A DNA stretch of 64,000 nt, taken from assembly GCA_963712115.1 (NCBI GenBank), contig CAVQGX010000019.1:1-64000 (forward strand), written 5' to 3'. Below the pieces are notes generated by a model, which saw nothing but the letters and a program-made list of their open reading frames with translations, was not told where the DNA came from and searched no databases. Below, one piece after another: positions 10,417 to 21,136 of the stretch (positions are counted from its first letter, which is position 1; the number at the start of each line of letters is the position of its first letter). Source of the DNA: an uncultured delta proteobacterium (GTDB lineage Bacteria > Desulfobacterota > Syntrophobacteria > BM002). The translations under genes and the position numbers were made by a program.

Positions 10417-11631
10417 TCAATGGACTAACTGTGATACTGGTACCAATTCAATACCATTGCTGGACAATTTGGGAATATCCTCTTTGAGAACCTTGAGGGT
10501 AACTTCGTGGGGATGAGCTATGCCAATGGCCTCTCCTTTGAGCTTGGCCAATTGAATTAACCGTTTCAACTGCCGCCGAACCGCCTGTGGACTTTGTATG
10601 TTGTCGAGAAAAACATTCCGCTCTGCGGAAGGAACCTCTTCCTCTTGAGCAACTCTATAGGCTTGCGTTCTGCTGGTGGTGCGACTGTCCACAAAAAATA
10701 GCCCACGATTTTTCAGCTCCCGCATAACAATTCTCAGTTTCTCTTCATTTTCACAAAACTCGGAGCCCATATGGTTGTTGACCCCTTTGACATCAGGGAG
10801 AGAGTCCAAGTTCTCTCTCAGCGCCGCCACAAGCTCCATATCTGTCATCTCAGTCAACAGAGCTCCAATTCCAGGGTCGACCTCGGGGTAACCTTTAGGT
10901 TCCATGGGAAGGTGAAGCAGGAGTTCGCGGCCAGCTTGGTGGACTCTCCGAGCGATACTCTTACTGAAAGTGCCATTGGGAAGGACAGAAAATGACAATG
11001 GTGCGTCAATCTGTAAAAATCGCCGTGCAAGTCTTCCATCGTATCCAAAGTCATCAATGACAATAGCCACCCTGGGGACATCGGCTCTTGCCCCCTTCCT
11101 GGCTGGATGTCTTACTAGGGTCAAGCGGTGGGTCATTACCCCTTCTACCCTAATGAGGAAAACAGGATTAGGGGCAGCTTTCTCGACTCTTTCCAAACTT
11201 ACCTTTCCACCCAGATCTTTCAAGTTTTTGCTCAAAAGTTGTTCGAACCTGGGCAAGCTCTCATCCAGAGTAAGTGTGACCTCCAGTTCAGTAAAATCCC
11301 ACTGTTTGGTTGGCTGGGCCTGATGTATCACTTTACGGAAGCGAATTTGAGAAGCATCCACTCCCAGGTGCCGCAGGCTTTGGTAAATTTTAAGTTCTAC
11401 TTCATTTACCAGTTCCCCAAAGCGGTTGCCTATCTGTTCCTCGTATGGTGGAATTGGGATTTTCTCGTATTTCCGCTCTCTACCGACCCACAGAGCTAGA
11501 ACCAAACACCCTAGGGCAAAAATTACTCCACCTAGGATCCAGCTGTGGTACCGACTCTTCTTGGGTGGACTCTTCCGCCGTCCTTTTTTTGAGCCCTTGC
11601 TGGTACTCTTCTTTTTAGTCTGATTTGCCAC
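10417..11631 (-). CDS. Divergent polysaccharide deacetylase (YibQ-like)
   Basis: AIVIDDFG, LHLPMEP, NNHMGS, FVDSRT, IAHPH; follows ctpA. Confidence 0.92.
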   Translation of the reverse strand: MANQTKKKSTSKGSKKGRRKSPPKKSRYHSWILGGVIFALGCLVLALWVGRERKYEKIPIPPYEEQIGNRFGELVNEVELKIYQSLRHLGVDASQIRFRKVIHQAQPTKQWDFTELEVTLTLDESLPRFEQLLSKNLKDLGGKVSLERVEKAAPNPVFLIRVEGVMTHRLTLVRHPARKGARADVPRVAIVIDDFGYDGRLARRFLQIDAPLSFSVLPNGTFSKSIARRVHQAGRELLLHLPMEPKGYPEVDPGIGALLTEMTDMELVAALRENLDSLPDVKGVNNHMGSEFCENEEKLRIVMRELKNRGLFFVDSRTTSRTQAYRVAQEEEVPSAERNVFLDNIQSPQAVRRQLKRLIQLAKLKGEAIGIAHPHEVTLKVLKEDIPKLSSNGIELVPVSQLVH

Positions 11632-11856
11632 TTAGACAACCGTCGGCCAAAATTGAAGAAACCAAAAACCTGTTTATTAAAGCATAGTTAATAGCGGGAG
11701 AGGGTAGTAAAAAGCAACCGAAAAAACGACAAGCATGAAGCAGCTGCGGCAGATCTCAGCAAAGATCTACCTAAGCCCAGCTTGAGGGAATAAACGGGCA
11801 GGTGAAGTTTTGTCTTCCCTGAGGATTAGTTACTATGTAATTAATATATCTATTAG

Positions 11857-13188
11857 TTACTGGCTACCGTACTTCATCTGTGAAAGGATTTCCCAACTCT
11901 TGAGCACATCCAGTGCCCGGGCAAGTTGATTATCCCTTTCCAATTCTTCTTTTATTGTAGACCGCTGATCAGAATCCGGTTTGGTATCTGATACAGCCTC
12001 ATCACCTCCGTCCATATGATTCTTGAGGTCCTCTTCTCGTATCGCCTTAGACCCATCGCGATCGCCTTCTATCCTTCCAGGTAATACCCTCTCTACCACT
12101 ATGTCGGGCTCGATACCTTTGGCCTGGATTGAGCGACCACTGGGAGTGTAGTATAGAGCGGTGGTGAGCCGCAAAGCCGACCCATTTCTGAGAGGCATGA
12201 CCGTCTGCACTGAACCCTTGCCAAAAGTCTTCACTCCCACCACCACAGCCCTTTTGTGGTCCTGAAGAGCGCCGGCAACGATCTCTGCTGCGCTTGCACT
12301 TCCTTCGTTTACTAAAACGACTATAGGATAGGAGTGAGGCTTGGTATTCATGTGCGCCTCGAATCGCATATCCTGACTCTTAAGCCTGCCCCCAGTATAG
12401 ACAATTAGTCCCTCATTGAGAAATTCGTCGCTCACTTTCACGGCTTGATCCAGAAGGCCGCCTGGGTTATTGCGCAGATCCAGAATCAACCCTTTCAGGG
12501 ACTTATTCTCTTTTTCTAGATTGGCAATCTCCTTGCGAAGATCCCTCGCAGTAGAGCTCTGAAACTGGGAGAGGCGTATGTATCCGTAGCCGGGTTCCAG
12601 AGTCTTGCTTCTCACACTTCTGATGGCAATTGTAGCCCTGGTGACGACAAAATCTTGGGGCTTGGTGAACTCTTCTCTCATTATGGTGAGAACCACGTTA
12701 GTTCCCTTGGGACCACGCATTTTCTTGACCGCCTCCATGAGGGTCATTTCCTTAGTGGGCTCTCCGTCCACCCGAAGTATCTGATCACCAGCTTGTATAC
12801 CCAACTCATAGGCGGGCGTGCCTTCAAGAGGTGATACAACAGTTAAGACACCGTCACGAATGGTGATCTCGATGCCAATTCCACCGAAACTTCCCTTGGT
12901 TTCCACCTGGAGTTCTTTATAGGCGTCGGGATCTAGGTAGGATGAGTGCGGATCGAGGGTCCTAAGCATTCCGGAGATGGCACCTTCCACCAATTCCTCA
13001 CTCTCCACCTCCTGAACATAGCTCTCTTTCACAATGTCCAAGACATCGCTAAATATCTGCAGATTCTCATAAACGGTCTGGTCCTCTGCAGATACCCTCT
13101 GTATGCTTAATCGCTCCCAAGCAAAAATAGCAGACAACCCTACCAAGAGGGCGACAAAGATGGTCAAATTAAGTTTACGTATCGACAT
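11857..13188 (-). CDS. ctpA: Carboxyl-terminal processing protease, S41
   Basis: LDPHSSY, PDZ GGIGI, DLRNNPGGLL, SASAAEI, FGKGSVQ. Confidence 0.95.
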   Translation of the reverse strand: MSIRKLNLTIFVALLVGLSAIFAWERLSIQRVSAEDQTVYENLQIFSDVLDIVKESYVQEVESEELVEGAISGMLRTLDPHSSYLDPDAYKELQVETKGSFGGIGIEITIRDGVLTVVSPLEGTPAYELGIQAGDQILRVDGEPTKEMTLMEAVKKMRGPKGTNVVLTIMREEFTKPQDFVVTRATIAIRSVRSKTLEPGYGYIRLSQFQSSTARDLRKEIANLEKENKSLKGLILDLRNNPGGLLDQAVKVSDEFLNEGLIVYTGGRLKSQDMRFEAHMNTKPHSYPIVVLVNEGSASAAEIVAGALQDHKRAVVVGVKTFGKGSVQTVMPLRNGSALRLTTALYYTPSGRSIQAKGIEPDIVVERVLPGRIEGDRDGSKAIREEDLKNHMDGGDEAVSDTKPDSDQRSTIKEELERDNQLARALDVLKSWEILSQMKYGSQ

Positions 13189-13365
13189 GAATCCTCCCTA
13201 ATACTTCTCTCAGCAGACAAGTTGTAACTTTCCCCTTCAAATCTCCGTACTTGCGCAGGCTCTTATTATGGCTACAAAATATATCAACCTGGAACAATCA
13301 GCAGGAGCCATTTTTTTGCCACTCTACCTTTCCTGGAAAGATCAATTCCTGCAAGTCTCGTGCCT

Positions 13366-14577
13366 CTAATTAACTCGCGAATCTATACTACTTGCCAAGG
13401 CGGGGAGCAGCCATTCCTCTGGGTTCAAGGCCTTGCTGAGGTGACGGACCTCGAAATAGACTCTGCCGCCCTGTCGCTCAAGGGGAGAATAACCTGCATA
13501 GCCTATTGTTGCACCTGATTCAACTATTTCGCCAGCCTCTCTCAGAACCTCCGCCAAATGCGCGGTTAAAGTGTAATATTTCTCACCGTGGTCAATTATC
13601 ATCACTTTACCGTAACCTTTGACCCACTCGGAATAAAGGACTTGCCCAGCATAGACGGCAACCACTGGCGATAGGGGTTCAGTGGCGATTTCGATGCCGT
13701 TGCTGCGAATCTTAGTTCCAAACTTTTTATGTTGTTTCGGCCCGAAGCGAGATATGATTTCACCTGGAACTGGGTAAGGTAAGGCACCCTTTTTGCTGGC
13801 AAAGCTACCTTTAAGCTGCTGGACTCCCATCCCGCTCTTGTCAGTTTTGTTCTGTAACTCTTCTATCTTATCTTTCAGTTCCCGGGAAACAGCTGCAAGC
13901 TCTGTCATATAATTCTCGTACATCTCTTCCTTGTTGTGAATATTCTGCAATAAGGCCACCTGCTCCCCTTTGACTTTCTCCATCTCCTCCTTCTGTCGAT
14001 TAATCCTTGCCACCAGCTTGCTGAGTTGAGCTTCCTCGGAAGCAAGCGCCCCGGCAATCTGCGCCTCTTTTTGTTGCCGTTCTATGAAACTCCCAATTAG
14101 CTCACTGTCTTCCTCAGCAATGGCGCGGAGATAAACCCACTGATGTTGAAGCCCCCTAACATCTTGGGCCGAAATCAACAAATTAACATATGCTTGCCGT
14201 CCGAACTTGTAAAGCGCCTCAAGTCTTTGTGCCAGTAGGGTTCTGAGACCCCCTAATTCATCATCCAAATCTTTGAGTTCCTTGCGTTTTTCAGTGATCT
14301 GCTTCCGCAAATTAGCCCGCTCTTTCCTTCTTTTCTCTTGTTCTTCGTGGAGCTGCTGAAGCTGTAGTTCCATCTGATCCAACCGGTCAAGGAGCAAACG
14401 CTCTTTCTGGCGCATCGCCTCAATCTGCGCTTGGCTCCTCTTAATCTCTTGCTGCACCTCGCCGATTTTCTCTTTGTGGACCTTAATATCGCCCTTTGTC
14501 TGGCCCTCTTCCGCCCACGCCTGAACAATCCACAGGCAGAGTAACAAGCTTAGCATGGTTGAAACAATTCGACTCAT
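13366..14577 (-). CDS. envC: Murein hydrolase activator (coiled coil + M23/LytM)
   Basis: Signal peptide, long coiled coil, GYGKVMIIDHG, YFEVRH...NP; follows ftsX. Confidence 0.88.
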   Translation of the reverse strand: MSRIVSTMLSLLLCLWIVQAWAEEGQTKGDIKVHKEKIGEVQQEIKRSQAQIEAMRQKERLLLDRLDQMELQLQQLHEEQEKRRKERANLRKQITEKRKELKDLDDELGGLRTLLAQRLEALYKFGRQAYVNLLISAQDVRGLQHQWVYLRAIAEEDSELIGSFIERQQKEAQIAGALASEEAQLSKLVARINRQKEEMEKVKGEQVALLQNIHNKEEMYENYMTELAAVSRELKDKIEELQNKTDKSGMGVQQLKGSFASKKGALPYPVPGEIISRFGPKQHKKFGTKIRSNGIEIATEPLSPVVAVYAGQVLYSEWVKGYGKVMIIDHGEKYYTLTAHLAEVLREAGEIVESGATIGYAGYSPLERQGGRVYFEVRHLSKALNPEEWLLPALASSIDSRVN

Positions 14578-15467
14578 GGTCGCAAAAATCTCCGAAGAGA
14601 TACTGTACTTCCTAGGACTCCAAGGGCCAGACCAAGACCGACAAACCCTCCAATTAATTGGACCGGAGGTAGTGGACCCGGTAGCACGGCAAGTCTTAGC
14701 GGTAAATCCAGATTTGATAACAAGAACAGCATGAGCAATGACAAGCCTCCAGCGGCCAGTAGTGCTCCTCCCAAGCCGTGGAGTAACCCTTCTATGAGAA
14801 ATGGGGCCTTAACAAAAAAATCTGTGGCCCCCACCAACCTCATAATTTCCAACTCTTCCTGTCTGGAGTAGACCGTCAGTTTAATGGTGTTGGATACCAC
14901 AAAGGTGGTGGCAAAAAGAAGAAGCCCCCCCACTGTGATCCCCACTAATTTTATCACGTCAACAAAGACCCTCAATTTGGCCACCCATTTTTTTCCGTAC
15001 TGGACTTCGGCCACCCCGGGCAATCTCTCCAAACGGGCTGAAAGCTCTTCAATCTTGCCGGATCGTCCAAACTGCGGCTTTAATTTCACCTCAAAGGAGG
15101 CTGGAAGGGGATTCTCCTTGAGCCCTTCCAGTATGCCGGCATATTCCTTCAATTGAGTGCGAAAATGGGCTAAAGCCTGTTCCTTGCTCATGTAAGTTAT
15201 TTCTTCTATCTCTGTCCAGTCGGCAATCTTACTGCGAAGCGCTTCGGCCTTTTCTGGTGGATAGGCTTCATTTAGATAGGCGGTGATTTGCAAGTCGTCA
15301 CCGAGGTGATTCACAAACTGCTGGACATTCATGTAGATTAGCAAAAAGAGGCCGAGAATCAGCATGGAGATGGCAATGGTGCTGAGTGTCACCAGACTCA
15401 AAAACGGATTTGCCCAAATGTTTCCCAGGGCCTTTCTGAGAAAATAGCCCAGTAGACTCACTCGCAT
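14574..15467 (-). CDS. ftsX: Cell division permease
   Basis: ENPLPASF, SNTIKL..SRQEELEIMRLVGAT. Confidence 0.95.
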   Translation of the reverse strand: MRVSLLGYFLRKALGNIWANPFLSLVTLSTIAISMLILGLFLLIYMNVQQFVNHLGDDLQITAYLNEAYPPEKAEALRSKIADWTEIEEITYMSKEQALAHFRTQLKEYAGILEGLKENPLPASFEVKLKPQFGRSGKIEELSARLERLPGVAEVQYGKKWVAKLRVFVDVIKLVGITVGGLLLFATTFVVSNTIKLTVYSRQEELEIMRLVGATDFFVKAPFLIEGLLHGLGGALLAAGGLSLLMLFLLSNLDLPLRLAVLPGPLPPVQLIGGFVGLGLALGVLGSTVSLRRFLRP

Positions 15468-15472
15468 CTCGT

Positions 15473-16195
15473 TTACAAAACCCCCCGAGAGCTTATCTCC
15501 AAAGCAGAGCGTTGAGCCATGACCTCCCTGGCTGGGCCCGCGGCCACGAGCCGTCCCTCGCGCAAAATACCCACCTTGGCGTCCGGAACCTTACTAATTA
15601 GCTCCCTGTTGTGGGTAGCCAACACCACCGTGGTGCCCCTCCTATTTATTTCTCTGAACAATTCCAAAATATCCAGGGTAATCTCATCGTCAAGATTACC
15701 TGTAGGTTCGTCCGCCAAAACCAAGATAGGATTGGAAGCCACTGCCCGGGCTATGGCAACCCGCTGCTGCTCTCCGCCAGATAATCTGCAGCAAAGGTGG
15801 CTTTCCTTAGCATCCAGTCCTACAAGGCGCAATACCTGGCGAACCTTTTTATCGATGAATGAGCGGGATCGACCTGTCACCTCAAGAGAAAGCCCCACGT
15901 TGGCAAGAACGGTGCGATCTCCCAGTAGCTTGAAATCCTGAAAAACGACGCCAATTTTGCGCCTAAGATACGGGATCCCTGAACGCTTCAAGCGTTGGAG
16001 GTTTATTCCCTCTACCAGAAGCTGTCCCCGGGTTGGCTCTTCGGCACAGAAGATGAGTCTGAGCAGGGTGGTCTTGCCGGCTCCACTGCGACCTGTGATA
16101 AAAAGAAAATCGCCTTTATCGGCGGTCAAAGTGACATCGTACAGGGCGTATTGCTCGCCGCCGTAACTCTTGTACACGTGATAGAGTTGAATCAT
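15473..16195 (-). CDS. ftsE: Cell division ATP-binding protein
   Basis: GRSGAGKT, GVVFQDFKLL, LSGGEQQR, LADEPTGNLD. Confidence 0.96.
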   Translation of the reverse strand: MIQLYHVYKSYGGEQYALYDVTLTADKGDFLFITGRSGAGKTTLLRLIFCAEEPTRGQLLVEGINLQRLKRSGIPYLRRKIGVVFQDFKLLGDRTVLANVGLSLEVTGRSRSFIDKKVRQVLRLVGLDAKESHLCCRLSGGEQQRVAIARAVASNPILVLADEPTGNLDDEITLDILELFREINRRGTTVVLATHNRELISKVPDAKVGILREGRLVAAGPAREVMAQRSALEISSRGVL

Positions 16196-16350
16196 GGGCA
16201 GCCGTTCAGAGTCAAATCACTCAGGCGATTACCTCACCTAGACAAAAGGTGTGGGACACACTATCACAGGCATAAACCCCGTTCAAGTAGGAAAAACGCC
16301 ACAATAAGTGACCTGAAATTGGAGAGAGGCCGCGTATTCGGCGGCGGGAT

Positions 16351-17709
16351 TCAGATAGTATCCTCCTCTAGCCCCATTGCTCTAATCAAGCTATCTTTCG
16401 CCAAGTTAAAAATCACCTGGGCATTAGTGTAATTAGTTTTGGCCTCTGTAAGCCTGGTCTGGGCATCGAGCACTTCAGTGGCGGTGGCTACTTGCTCTTT
16501 GTAGCGCTCCTGGCTGATGCGAAAATTTTCCTCTGCCGACACCACTTGTTTCTGGGCTACTCGAATACCGTCCTCCGAAGCTTTCAGAGTCAGAAAGGCA
16601 GTCTTGACCTCGAGAAGAATGCTGTCTTTGATCTGCTCGAAATCTTGTTTTGCTTGACGCAGACGTGTTCGCTGCTGATTGGTCGCATAGCGGGTCTTGC
16701 CCCACTCGAAAAGAGTCCAGGTGGCTGCAGCAACAACGTCCCAATCTTCTCGATCAGTATAGTCACCGCCGTCTACAGTTGGATCGTCACCCCGTCGGTA
16801 GTAATTGGCCGAGAGAGTTATATCTGGGTAGTAGTCGCTTTTAACCAAGGTTATCTCTTTCTCAGCTATTGCCACATTCTTTTTGGCCTCCAGCAACTCA
16901 GGCCGATGCTCCATTGCGATCTCCTGGCTGGATTCGTAGGATCTCTTGTAGGACTGCGTAGAAAGGATATCTTCCACCGCAAAGGAACTGTCGATTGGTT
17001 CGCGCAGTATTGTATTGAGGCGAGCTCTGGCTACCCGAAGGTCGTTGACGGCCCGAATCAGTTGCAACTCGGCCTGCCCCAACCGAGTTTCAGCATCCAG
17101 TAAATCAATTTTCGGACTCAGACCCACCTTGACGAAGTTCTCAGCCACCCTAACCCCTTCCTGCAGTTGCTTTACCGACTGTTCAGCCACCTCGCGGATC
17201 TTATCGGCCCGGACAATTTCCAGATATGCTTCCTTGACTCGCAAAATAAGGTCCAGTCGGGTTCTTTGCAGCTGGATTTTGGCCACATCCAACCCCATGT
17301 CGGCCAATTGATAGGTGGAGAGGGTTTCAAACCCGGTAAACAAAGGCTGGGCAACTGTGCCGGTGAACCTGTATTGATTTTGGTCTTCGTTCTCAAATTT
17401 AACACCGCCAATGGTTGTTCTTGTTTCGCCGGGGCGACGGTAGCTGTAGTCTGCCATAAACTTAGGTAAAAAACCGGTTCTTGCTTCCTTTCGCCGCTCC
17501 CGGGCGAAGGTGACCTCTTCTTTGGCAACCTGCACCTCGAGGTTACGTTCCAGGGCTAGCTGAATACTCTCCTTGAGAGTCAAAAGCCTTCCCTCTTCCA
17601 GGGCGGGTAAGGTCTGCGGCAATAGAACAAAGACTACACTGGGCAGCAAAATTCCAACCCACCTGAGTGCGAATCGCTTAAAGCCATCAGTCTTACCTTG
17701 GCAAACCAT
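16351..17709 (-). CDS. TolC-family outer membrane efflux protein
   Basis: LTLKESIQLALERN, QPLFTGF, duplicated OEP repeats. Confidence 0.92.
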   Translation of the reverse strand: MVCQGKTDGFKRFALRWVGILLPSVVFVLLPQTLPALEEGRLLTLKESIQLALERNLEVQVAKEEVTFARERRKEARTGFLPKFMADYSYRRPGETRTTIGGVKFENEDQNQYRFTGTVAQPLFTGFETLSTYQLADMGLDVAKIQLQRTRLDLILRVKEAYLEIVRADKIREVAEQSVKQLQEGVRVAENFVKVGLSPKIDLLDAETRLGQAELQLIRAVNDLRVARARLNTILREPIDSSFAVEDILSTQSYKRSYESSQEIAMEHRPELLEAKKNVAIAEKEITLVKSDYYPDITLSANYYRRGDDPTVDGGDYTDREDWDVVAAATWTLFEWGKTRYATNQQRTRLRQAKQDFEQIKDSILLEVKTAFLTLKASEDGIRVAQKQVVSAEENFRISQERYKEQVATATEVLDAQTRLTEAKTNYTNAQVIFNLAKDSLIRAMGLEEDTI

Positions 17710-17909
17710 ATCTCACCTCGTTTTTCATGATTTTACGGTCAGCTGTAGCCAGATTTATACGAATTCCTCTCGTTCATAGGGAATCGCCAACATTTTGTCA
17801 AGGGTGGGCTAATTTCTGGATTGCTCGAGGTTCAATTGGGATTGATGAAAGGATCGATGAGATGAAGTTGATCCATTGCCAGGGGGATTTGCCTTAGACT
17901 TATTGGCCC

Positions 17910-18710
17910 CTAACTCCTCCACTCCTGCCGCACCGCAGCATATGGATTGGTAGGGCCGTGTCCCTTTCCCAATGGAAGTCCATGAAGAATGGCCTCAGTA
18001 ATGAAACGCTTTGCCGCCTCCACCGCCTCCACCACATCGAGTTCCTGAGCCAAATAGGTAGCGATGGCAGAGGCATAGGTGCATCCGGTGCCGTGGACAT
18101 TCTTGGTCTCTACCCTGGGAGAGCGAAACTCGCGAAACTCCTGGCCATCAAAAAGCAGATCTACAGCCTCACCCTGAAGGTGGCCTCCCTTCACCAAAAC
18201 GTACTTTGGCCCCAATGCATGTATTTCTTCTGCCGCCCGGCGCATCTCCTTCTCTTCGGCAACTTGCCATCCTACCAGTGCAGAAGCCTCAGGTAGATTT
18301 GGTGTAACCAGAGTCGCCTCGGGCAGCAAGAATTCAGCTAGTGTTTTGCGGGCGTCAGCAGTCAGAAGAGAGTCGCCGCTCTTGGCAACCATCACAGGAT
18401 CCACTACCACAATTGGCGGCTTATATTCAGACATCTTTGAGGCCACCAGCTTAACCACCTCGGTATTGGAGAGCATTCCCGTTTTTACCGCGTCCACACC
18501 AATGTCACTGAATACTGCATCAATCTGGGCTGCAATAAACTCCAAAGGAACATCATGGATGGAGGTCACCGCCACAGTATTTTGGGCAGTAAGTGCAGTA
18601 AGCACACTCATCCCAAAACCGCCCAGAAGGGCAATAGCCTTCAGATCAGCCTGAATGCCGGCACCACCCCCCGAGTCCGATCCTGCAATGGTCAATATCC
18701 TTTTCATCAT
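17910..18710 (-). CDS. thiD: Hydroxymethylpyrimidine/phosphomethylpyrimidine kinase
   Basis: TIAGSDSGGGAGIQADLK, DPVMVAKSG, HGTGCT. Confidence 0.96.
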   Translation of the reverse strand: MMKRILTIAGSDSGGGAGIQADLKAIALLGGFGMSVLTALTAQNTVAVTSIHDVPLEFIAAQIDAVFSDIGVDAVKTGMLSNTEVVKLVASKMSEYKPPIVVVDPVMVAKSGDSLLTADARKTLAEFLLPEATLVTPNLPEASALVGWQVAEEKEMRRAAEEIHALGPKYVLVKGGHLQGEAVDLLFDGQEFREFRSPRVETKNVHGTGCTYASAIATYLAQELDVVEAVEAAKRFITEAILHGLPLGKGHGPTNPYAAVRQEWRS

Positions 18711-18803
18711 GCAAGACTCCGATTCTTAAAGAGGCAAAAGAAACCGAAACTTGGGGGGACATCCGCACTCTACTGCTCATGCTAGTAGTTCAAGAAAAGG
18801 GAG

Positions 18804-19580
18804 TCAAGGAGATTTCATCTGGTGAAAGTTCACCCACAGCACAGCACCGATTTCCACATCCCTGCCTTCGATCTGATGTTCGTCGGTGCTAAGGGCAGCA
18901 AACCCCCACCACCCAGCCATGGGCACTCCACAGGTGAAAACACCGTTTGTGTCAGCCTTAATGGTCTGGGTTACCATGTAATCAGTGGGGGCTGCATACT
19001 TGGATTCTTCATTGAAGTACTCTACTTCTACCATACAATTCGGCACCGGCTTGCCATTGAGCATAACAACCCCTTGAAAAACATTGCCGGCGTAGAGTCC
19101 AAAAGGTCGGCTCAAGGGCACAATCTCGGTCTTCAAACCAATGGGCTTATCCCAACCCATATCTTCCCCGTAAGCGGCCATCACCGTCTTGGTATAGTGA
19201 ATAATGTAGCTGTTTTCTGCCTTCTCCAAATAAGGCTGTGGCACCATGTAGAAGACGTATAGACCGGGACGTTTGACCCTGTAGCTTGCCTCCCAGGTAG
19301 TATGGCCTTTGATTTTTTTGGCGGTGAGTGTCTCCAACAGATCCCCTCTTATCCCGTTGGCGACAACTCCAAATTCTGCTGGTCTCAAAAGTTCCATTCC
19401 CTGCCCCTCAAAGGGGTGCCAGAACCTGAGTTGTAGGTCTACGATTGGTCTGTCACCTTTCTCCACCATCTCATCTGAGGGAATTATCATGCCGAAGTGT
19501 GCTTCTGCCACCTGCCACACAGCAAAAATCGTAGATAGGAACACTACAGCGACTGCCATCCTTTTCTTCATTTTCTTCAT
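18804..19580 (-). CDS. DUF4198 periplasmic protein (putative Ni/Co uptake-associated)
   Basis: Signal peptide ending AEA-HF, FWHPFEG, EIVPLSRP, FQGVV..NGKPV, GWWGFAAL; RBS GGGAGG before ATG 19580. Confidence 0.85.
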   Translation of the reverse strand: MKKMKKRMAVAVVFLSTIFAVWQVAEAHFGMIIPSDEMVEKGDRPIVDLQLRFWHPFEGQGMELLRPAEFGVVANGIRGDLLETLTAKKIKGHTTWEASYRVKRPGLYVFYMVPQPYLEKAENSYIIHYTKTVMAAYGEDMGWDKPIGLKTEIVPLSRPFGLYAGNVFQGVVMLNGKPVPNCMVEVEYFNEESKYAAPTDYMVTQTIKADTNGVFTCGVPMAGWWGFAALSTDEHQIEGRDVEIGAVLWVNFHQMKSP

Positions 19581-19595
19581 TCTGCGCCCTCCCAT

Positions 19596-19734
19596 AAAAA
19601 AGGCCACAGCGCCTACCCTCACCTTGGGTAAGCCTTCGTGGCCTGATTTCTTTGTTTCTACTCTTGAGCGTTTGCTTTAGGAGGTTCAACTCCTACTGAA
19701 GTCACTTATAGATTATCTCCCCACACTAAGTCAA
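19596..19734 (-). promoter_or_regulatory. Promoter and leader with intrinsic terminator directly before the RBS (attenuator-like)
   Basis: TTGACT-N18-TATAAG; hairpin AGGCCAC..GCTTACCC-loop-GGGTAGGC..GTGGCCT followed by a U-tract. Confidence 0.65.
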
Positions 19735-19756
19735 CCCCAGGTTTTCCTCGCCCCCA

Positions 19757-21136
19757 CTAATCGAGGAAGCTTCTCAACCGCTCACCCCGAGAACTGTGGC
19801 GCAGCTTGCGAATAGCCTTTTTCTCAATCTGTCTTATGCGCTCCTTGGAGACACTGAAACGTTCACCTATAGTCTTCAGGGTCTCAGTAGGGTTGCCGTC
19901 AATGCCAAATCTGGATTTGAGAATAGTTTCTTCCCGGCTGGAAAGCGTTCCCAAGACCTCACCGGTAACCTCCGTCAACTCCTGCTTGCTAACATCCTCC
20001 AAGGGTGAGACCGCCTCTTCATCCGCGATGAAATCACCCAACCGCTGTTCCTCACTCCCAATGGGGGCCTCAAGGGAAATCGGACGACTGGAAAGCTGGA
20101 TAATCATCATCACCTTGTCTAGGCCTAGACCGCTGTGCTCGGCAATCTCCATGGGCGTGGGTTCCCTTCCGAGATCTTTCACCAACTCGTAGAAGATTTT
20201 GAAGAAGTAGCTTTTCATCTCAATGAAATGAACAGGCAACCTTATAGTTCGAGTCTTGTCGTAGATCCCCCTAATTATGGACTGCCGCACCCACCAAGTG
20301 GCGTAGGTACTAAAGCGATTGCCCTTGGTATAGTCATAGCGGGAAACCGCCTTCAGCAGTCCCATATTGCCCTCTTGAATGAGATCGAGAAAGCTCAAGC
20401 CTCGACCCCGGTGCCGCTTGGCAATGCTCAGGACCAAGCGCAGGTTTCCTTCCACCATTTCGTTCTTGGCAAGGTCAATTCTTCTGGCAATCTCAAGAGC
20501 CTCTTCCAGCAATTGCTGGTGACCCTTTGTAGCACCCTCCTTGGAAGCCACCTTCTCCAATGCCGACAAGGCATGCTCCACCATTTTTTCCCGCAGTCCA
20601 GGGTAATTCTCAGACTCACCTTGCCACCTGCGGAGCTGTTTTCTTATACCATCGAAACGGGAGTTCTTGGCACGATCATCCCAAAGTAAGGCCACTAAAC
20701 TCTCTTGTCCCTCTTTGATGATTTTGGCCAGCTCAATCTCCCGTTCCGGCGAGAGTAGAGGGTAGTGAGAAATCTCCTGGAGGTAGCAGCTGATCAGATC
20801 GCCCTGAAACAAATCTTCTTCAGAACCGTCCGCCTCTACAAACCTCCCCGCAGAGTCTTCCGCGGCAGTGTCTCCTCTGGTTTCATCACTTGGTTTGCCC
20901 TGGTTTCGATTCTGGCTCTGCTCGGTTAAATCTTCAGCTGCTTCAGGATCAGCCCTGAGAAACTCCTCTTCAGTGCAAACCAATTCTTCCAGAGAATCTG
21001 TCCCCATGAGCTTGCTGGAAAGCAACTCATCGAGAGCCTCCACCTGGCTTTCGAAAATGTCATCACTCTCGTCTGAGGTCTTTGTCCTCTTTCTAATGCA
21101 TAATGCCATAGTGTAGACCTCCCGCTTGATCGCCAC
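19757..21136 (-). CDS. RpoD/SigA-like sigma-70 factor (probably a non-primary paralog)
   Basis: YLQEI..YPLLS, NLRLVLSIAK, DLIQEGNMGL, FSTYATWW, SKERIRQIE. Confidence 0.93.
   Translation of the reverse strand: MAIKREVYTMALCIRKRTKTSDESDDIFESQVEALDELLSSKLMGTDSLEELVCTEEEFLRADPEAAEDLTEQSQNRNQGKPSDETRGDTAAEDSAGRFVEADGSEEDLFQGDLISCYLQEISHYPLLSPEREIELAKIIKEGQESLVALLWDDRAKNSRFDGIRKQLRRWQGESENYPGLREKMVEHALSALEKVASKEGATKGHQQLLEEALEIARRIDLAKNEMVEGNLRLVLSIAKRHRGRGLSFLDLIQEGNMGLLKAVSRYDYTKGNRFSTYATWWVRQSIIRGIYDKTRTIRLPVHFIEMKSYFFKIFYELVKDLGREPTPMEIAEHSGLGLDKVMMIIQLSSRPISLEAPIGSEEQRLGDFIADEEAVSPLEDVSKQELTEVTGEVLGTLSSREETILKSRFGIDGNPTETLKTIGERFSVSKERIRQIEKKAIRKLRHSSRGERLRSFLD

Noticed and set aside
19581-19700. 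Fluoride, TPP or cobalamin riboswitch
   Set aside because: Lacks the GAUGAC-type fluoride 3' strand, the TPP CUGAGA and the B12 box; kept only as an unassigned attenuator
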